Source: Octopus sinensis (lineage: Eukaryota). Taken from it: a stretch of 11,203 nt of DNA. Position numbers and translations under genes: made by a program. The stretch is taken from positions 1 through 11,203 of the forward strand of contig NW_021827079.1 of the NCBI RefSeq assembly GCF_006345805.1, written 5' to 3'. The notes below the pieces were generated by a model that did no database searches, had not been told where the DNA came from, and saw nothing but the letters and a program-made list of their open reading frames with translations. How positions within the stretch are numbered: the stretch's first letter is position 1; each line of letters begins with the position of its first letter. Positions 7,570 through 11,203 of this stretch are shown in pieces.

Positions 7570-8397
7570 AATCTTTATTATAGGCACAATGGCCCGAATG
7601 AAGAGGGGACATAACAATACAATACAGGAAATGGGGTACATATAACGAAAATGCAGAAAGGATGATATGAAATGAAATATTAATAATGAATTAAATGAAA
7701 TGGCTTACGAGCCCCCACCCCCACCCCAAAGCTCGCAGTTTCATTTACGATTACAATTGTACTATCTGGGGCGTTCGTCCGTAATGTAAGCAAGTAATTC
7801 CTCCTGTTCTATAACTCAGGGCAAACTGTCATATCGAACGTAATGCGCAATGCACACAACTGTATTTGAAAACAAATTTATATTTACCGTCTCTTTATCC
7901 ACAATTGCAGCCTTTATTTGGTTATCGTATGTCTTCGGGTTCAGTTTCACTCTCGTTAGATTTTTCATTATCGCTAATTTTTTTTCAATTTCTTTATCCT
8001 TTTTGTACAACATTATAGCTTTGAGATATCTTCCTTTTGATCTTCCTCCTTCCTTGCATCTTTTCAGACGTTCTTCAATTTTTCTTCTCCATTCTTCCGT
8101 TTCATCCCACGTTGAATCTTCACTCACTTTCGTTGTTGTATCTCTCCCTTCGTGCGTTCGACCTTCTATCTCGTCGGCAGACTTCTTTTTAGCCTTTTTC
8201 TTTTTTTGGTCTTTGGGTGGTGATTCCACCCGTGTTCGCTTTCTATCCTCTTTTTCTTCAGTTCTTTCCTTTTCTTTCTCCTTCACCAACTCGTCACCAC
8301 TTTCCACATTATCTGTTGTCACGATTTCCTCTTCTGCTTGCAATTCCACATTCTCCTTTTCTAACTCTTCTGTCAAAGCCTCCATTCCTTCCTCAGG
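7570..8397 (-). mobile_element. Putative non-LTR retroelement 3' portion: E/K-rich ORF, G-rich 3' UTR and AATAAA tail (ORF1-only/HAL1-like candidate)
   Basis: An open non-microsatellite frame 8397-7816 is followed by GGGGTGGGGGTGGGGG (7727-7712) and a tail ttgtattgttatgtcccctcttcattcgggccattgtgcctatAATAAAga (AATAAA at 7579-7574). The tail resembles the other non-LTR/SINE tails in the window. Confidence 0.5.
7816..8397 (-). CDS. 5'-truncated E/K-rich ORF of unknown function (possible LINE ORF1 C-terminal half)
   Basis: About 193 uninterrupted codons: an acidic coiled-coil-like stretch, an NLS-like KRTRVESPPKDQKKKKAKKK, and a more complex C-terminal ~90 aa. The frame continues past TGA 7816 as VIEQEELLAYITDERPR* (stop at 7764-7762). 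The ORF-track start (8421) lies in antisense RTE sequence and is not a real start. Confidence 0.45.
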   Translation of the reverse strand, partial: PEEGMEALTEELEKENVELQAEEEIVTTDNVESGDELVKEKEKERTEEKEDRKRTRVESPPKDQKKKKAKKKSADEIEGRTHEGRDTTTKVSEDSTWDETEEWRRKIEERLKRCKEGGRSKGRYLKAIMLYKKDKEIEKKLAIMKNLTRVKLNPKTYDNQIKAAIVDKETVNINLFSNTVVCIAHYVRYDSLP

Positions 8398-9378
8398 TGT
8401 TACAACACAATGGTTCAACATCAGCCGCCTTCCAAATAAAAAATGGGGTAAAGCAAGGTTTTTTCCTTGCTCCTACATTATTTGGTATCTTCTTCTCGCT
8501 GCTGCTGTCACATGCCTTTGAGAATCAAATGATGTAGTGTTTTGGCACAGTAAAAGCGATGGGAAACTGTTCAATCTCTCGCGTCTGCCTACCAAGACCA
8601 AAATCAGAAGCGTCCTGATCAAGGAGATGCTCTTCGCTGATGCTGCTGCTTTGGTATCACACACAGAAGAAGCCCTACAAAGGCTCATCAACTGCTTTGA
8701 GCAAGCATGTGGCAACTTTGGCTTATTTATCAGCCTCAAGAAAACCAACAGTCAGGCTACATCGACCATCCCAAACATACATATTGGAGACCACAGACTA
8801 CAGGAGGTGGAGAAGTTTACCTATCTTGGCTCTACCGTCACCTACAACCTATCCCTTGATACTGAGCTCAATATACGCAAGGCAGCTGCTGTGATGGCCC
8901 AACTCTCCAAACGGGCATGGGACAACAATAAGCTGACCAAGACCACAAAAATGAAGATTTACCAGGCATGTGTACTTAGCATCTACTGTATGGAAGTGAG
9001 ACTTGGACGCCATACGACACCAAACGTCGCCTAAATATGTTTCACCTGCGCTGCCACCGGAAAATCCTTCGCATCAAATGGCAGAATCATGTCCCCAACA
9101 AAGATGTCCTCAAGCAAGCAGGATTACCAAGCATGTTTACACTCCTCACACAAATATGTATGAGATGGCTTCGACATGTTAGCCGTATGGAAGATGGAAG
9201 AATCCCCAAGGACATACTCAACGGAAAGCTTGCTAGGGGCACTAGGTCTGTGGGAAGACCGTTCTTACGATGCAAGGATGTTTGCAAAAGGGACATGAAT
9301 GCCTGCAACATCAATATTACCAACTAGGAAGCAGTTGCCAGCAACCGTGGAGATTGGCGACGTACCGTAAAAGAGGGC
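8397..9378 (+). mobile_element. RTE-clade (BovB-like) LINE fragment, truncated at both ends
   Basis: Three frameshifted segments encode RT and thumb: NGVKQGFFLAPTLFGIFF, SDGKLFNLSRL, EMLFADAAAL (FADD with D to A), FGLFISLKKT, FTYLGS, then LYGSETWT, RCHRKILRIKWQ, RMEDGRIPKDILNGKL, *EAVASNRGDWRRTVKEG. It stops at KEG, before the natural C-terminus and tail. Confidence 0.92.
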
Positions 9379-9391
9379 TCCCATTAGGGTG

Positions 9392-9427
<36 letters not shown>

Positions 9428-9445
9428 CACCCTAATGGGAGCCCT
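9374..9445. repeat. Perfect 72-bp palindrome (20-bp unique arms around (AT)16)
   Basis: AGGGCTCCCATTAGGGTGTT (9374-9393), (AT)16 (9394-9425), AACACCCTAATGGGAGCCCT (9426-9445). Confidence 0.97.
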
Positions 9446-10910
9446 AACTCCCAAATTTTAGTCATTTCTTTTATGATCCAAAACTAAGTCAAAAGTACTG
9501 AATGGATCTTTATGAAATTTGGAAATTATATTCTATGCATAAGGGCCATAACCCCCATGACAATTCATATATTTTTGCTGTTGATGAAATTTTAACCATA
9601 GATATTAGACACAAATGAAGTAATATTTATAAAATTTCATCTTCTTACAGGCGCAGGAGTGGCTGTGTGGTAAGTAGCTTGCTAACCAACCACATGGTTC
9701 TGGGTTCAGTCCCACTGCGTGGCATCTTGGGCAAGTGTCTTCTGCTATAGCCCCGGGCCGACCAATGCCTTGTGAGTGGATTTGGTAGACGGAAACTGAA
9801 AGAAGCCTGTCGTATATATATAATATATATATATTATATATATATATATATATGTATGTGTGCGTGTGTTTGTGTGTCTGTGTTTGTCCCCCTAGCATGC
9901 TTGACAACCGATGCTGGTGTGTTTACGTCCCCGTTACTTAGCGGTTCGGCAAAAGAGACCGATAGAAAGTATGGGCTTACAAAGAATAAGTCCCGGGTCG
10001 ATTTGCTCGACTAAAAGGCGGTGCTCCAGCATGGCGCAGTCAAATGACTGAAACAAGTAAAAGAGTAAAAAGAGAGTAAAGAGTTACAAAGTTAGAAAGA
10101 CCCCTCCATGGGGACTTAACACCCACAATTTTGTCATTTTATCTAAGCAAAAACGAATACAGTTGTGCTCTTGGAAGCTGTAGGGTTACCCGAGCATAAA
10201 AGTTGGGCGTTATTTCTAATTCAATGGTACAACAGTGTAACAGCTTGCTTTGACATACACTTACATTGTGATTTCTGCAATGTGGTGCATAAATTGTTAA
10301 GTAAATGAGAGGCATCTTTGTCTCCACTGATTCAGTTGCAAAGTGTTGAGTAAAGTTATTTGATTGCAGACCTCCTTACAGTCTTTTTATTATCACTCGG
10401 TCACACATAGTCCCCAGATCGTAACATTGATTACAAGGCCTTCCCAGATGAGTGACTGGTTATTCAAAGACATTTATAGATTTTAATTCATTCTGTCCAG
10501 TTACGTATCAGTTATAGTGGTCATTTGCAAACTCCAGAGGTGACACTTTAATTTCTCCTAAGCCCTCACGTCACACAGTTGTTAATGTTGATTTCAGTTG
10601 GGTTCACGCCCTTCCAATTGCTATAGATTCGTAATGCATCTTACGGCTGTGCCTGTCACCTGGATGGTGAGGGATCCTACATTGGGAGTGGTAACGACTA
10701 GGGTAGGGTAACTGACTGCTTATTGTGATCATTCGTCTTTTGGTTTCCATGTGGCACGATTACAATTTTTTTAGGGTGTGTAAGAGGGAATAACCCTCAT
10801 CTGCAATTTGATAAAATTCGAAGCATAGATGTTCAGTTCATTCAGAAAATATAACAGAAAAGTCTATTCTTCAATTGAATGTAACCGGGCAACGCGGGTA
10901 TCTCTGCTAG
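9426..10910 (+). mobile_element. Probable non-autonomous Helitron-like element (left boundary uncertain)
   Basis: 3' end accgggcaacgcgggtatctctgCTAG|T: degenerate GC hairpin at 10884-10899 and CTAG at 10907-10910 followed by T, the canonical Helitron 3' signature. The internal motif aaagtactgaatggatctttatgaaatttgg (~9492-9522) resembles non-autonomous Helitron bodies. No 5' TC terminus was identified, so linking both parts into one element is inferred. Confidence 0.5.
9650..10083 (+). mobile_element. Full-length tRNA-derived CORE-type SINE with internal microsatellite and 5-bp TSD
   Basis: A-box TGGCTGTGTGGTAAG at 9660-9674, B-box GGTTCAGTCC at 9703-9712, core catcttgggcaagtgtcttc, internal (TA)n/(TG)n at ~9813-9880, and (AAAGAGT)n-like tail to 10083. 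TTACA flanks both sides (9645-9649 and 10084-10088). Confidence 0.92.
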
Positions 10911-10970
10911 TATATATATATATATATATATAATATATTATATATATATATATTATATATATATATATAT
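10911..10970. repeat. (TA)n microsatellite
   Basis: Read directly. Confidence 0.95.
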
Positions 10971-11203
10971 ACGATGGACTCTCCCGTCGAAGAATACGTA
11001 TGATCGTTCAGGTTCTGTTGAACGACCTACACAAAGGATTCGTTTATTGTGATCAAATGTTCTCGCCGTACATTAGCTCACTCTCTCCATCAAATCGACG
11101 TTACCTGAACAGGTGTACGGTGTACTACGCGTCAGGTGTCGAAGTGTTTGGAGAGCAACGTGAGAATAAGAATTTCGCTCAAGAACACAACGCACCATCC
11201 AGC
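10971..11203 (-). mobile_element. SINE body and 3' part (head lies beyond the window end)
   Basis: The minus strand begins ggtgcgttgtgttcttgagc, the same core motif as gcgttatgtgcttgggc in the SINE at 624-924. The 3' boundary at the (TA)n is inferred. Confidence 0.6.

Noticed and set aside
7712-7727. G-quadruplex in the minus-strand G tract
   Set aside because: It has only three G runs. It is noted as a G-rich 3' UTR tract but not called as a canonical G4.
7850-8521. 223-aa hydrophobic + strand ORF that looks like a membrane protein
   Set aside because: It is the F/S/L-rich antisense shadow of the E/K-rich minus ORF, running on into an off-frame part of the RTE.

Overview
AT-rich eukaryotic DNA with no intact host gene. 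The window is almost entirely microsatellites and decayed transposable elements. The SINE types and repeat density suggest a cephalopod (Octopus-like) genome; this is an inference and was not searched. Left to right it holds: an unclassified self-complementary repeat (~330-620); a tRNA-derived SINE (624-924); the 3' end of an L1/Tx1-clade LINE on the minus strand (~1577-2285); a trimeric tRNA-derived SINE bounded by an 11-bp TSD (2427-3013); a 3'-truncated mariner (4007-4976, minus); a dimeric SINE (5926-6129, minus); a Tc1-derived and a mariner-derived internally deleted element (6149-6512 and 6760-7325); a minus-strand retroelement-like unit with an E/K-rich ORF, 3' UTR and AATAAA (~7570-8397); a 5'-truncated RTE LINE (~8397-9378) ending in a perfect 72-bp palindrome; a probable non-autonomous Helitron (3' end at 10910) carrying a nested SINE with a 5-bp TSD; and a last SINE running off the window. 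The most interesting signal is a set of shared 3' tails. The two tail types in the SINE trimer each match the 3' end of a different non-LTR element in this same window, and one of those looks like an ORF1-only (HAL1-like) element. No CRISPR array, rRNA or genuine tRNA gene is supported.
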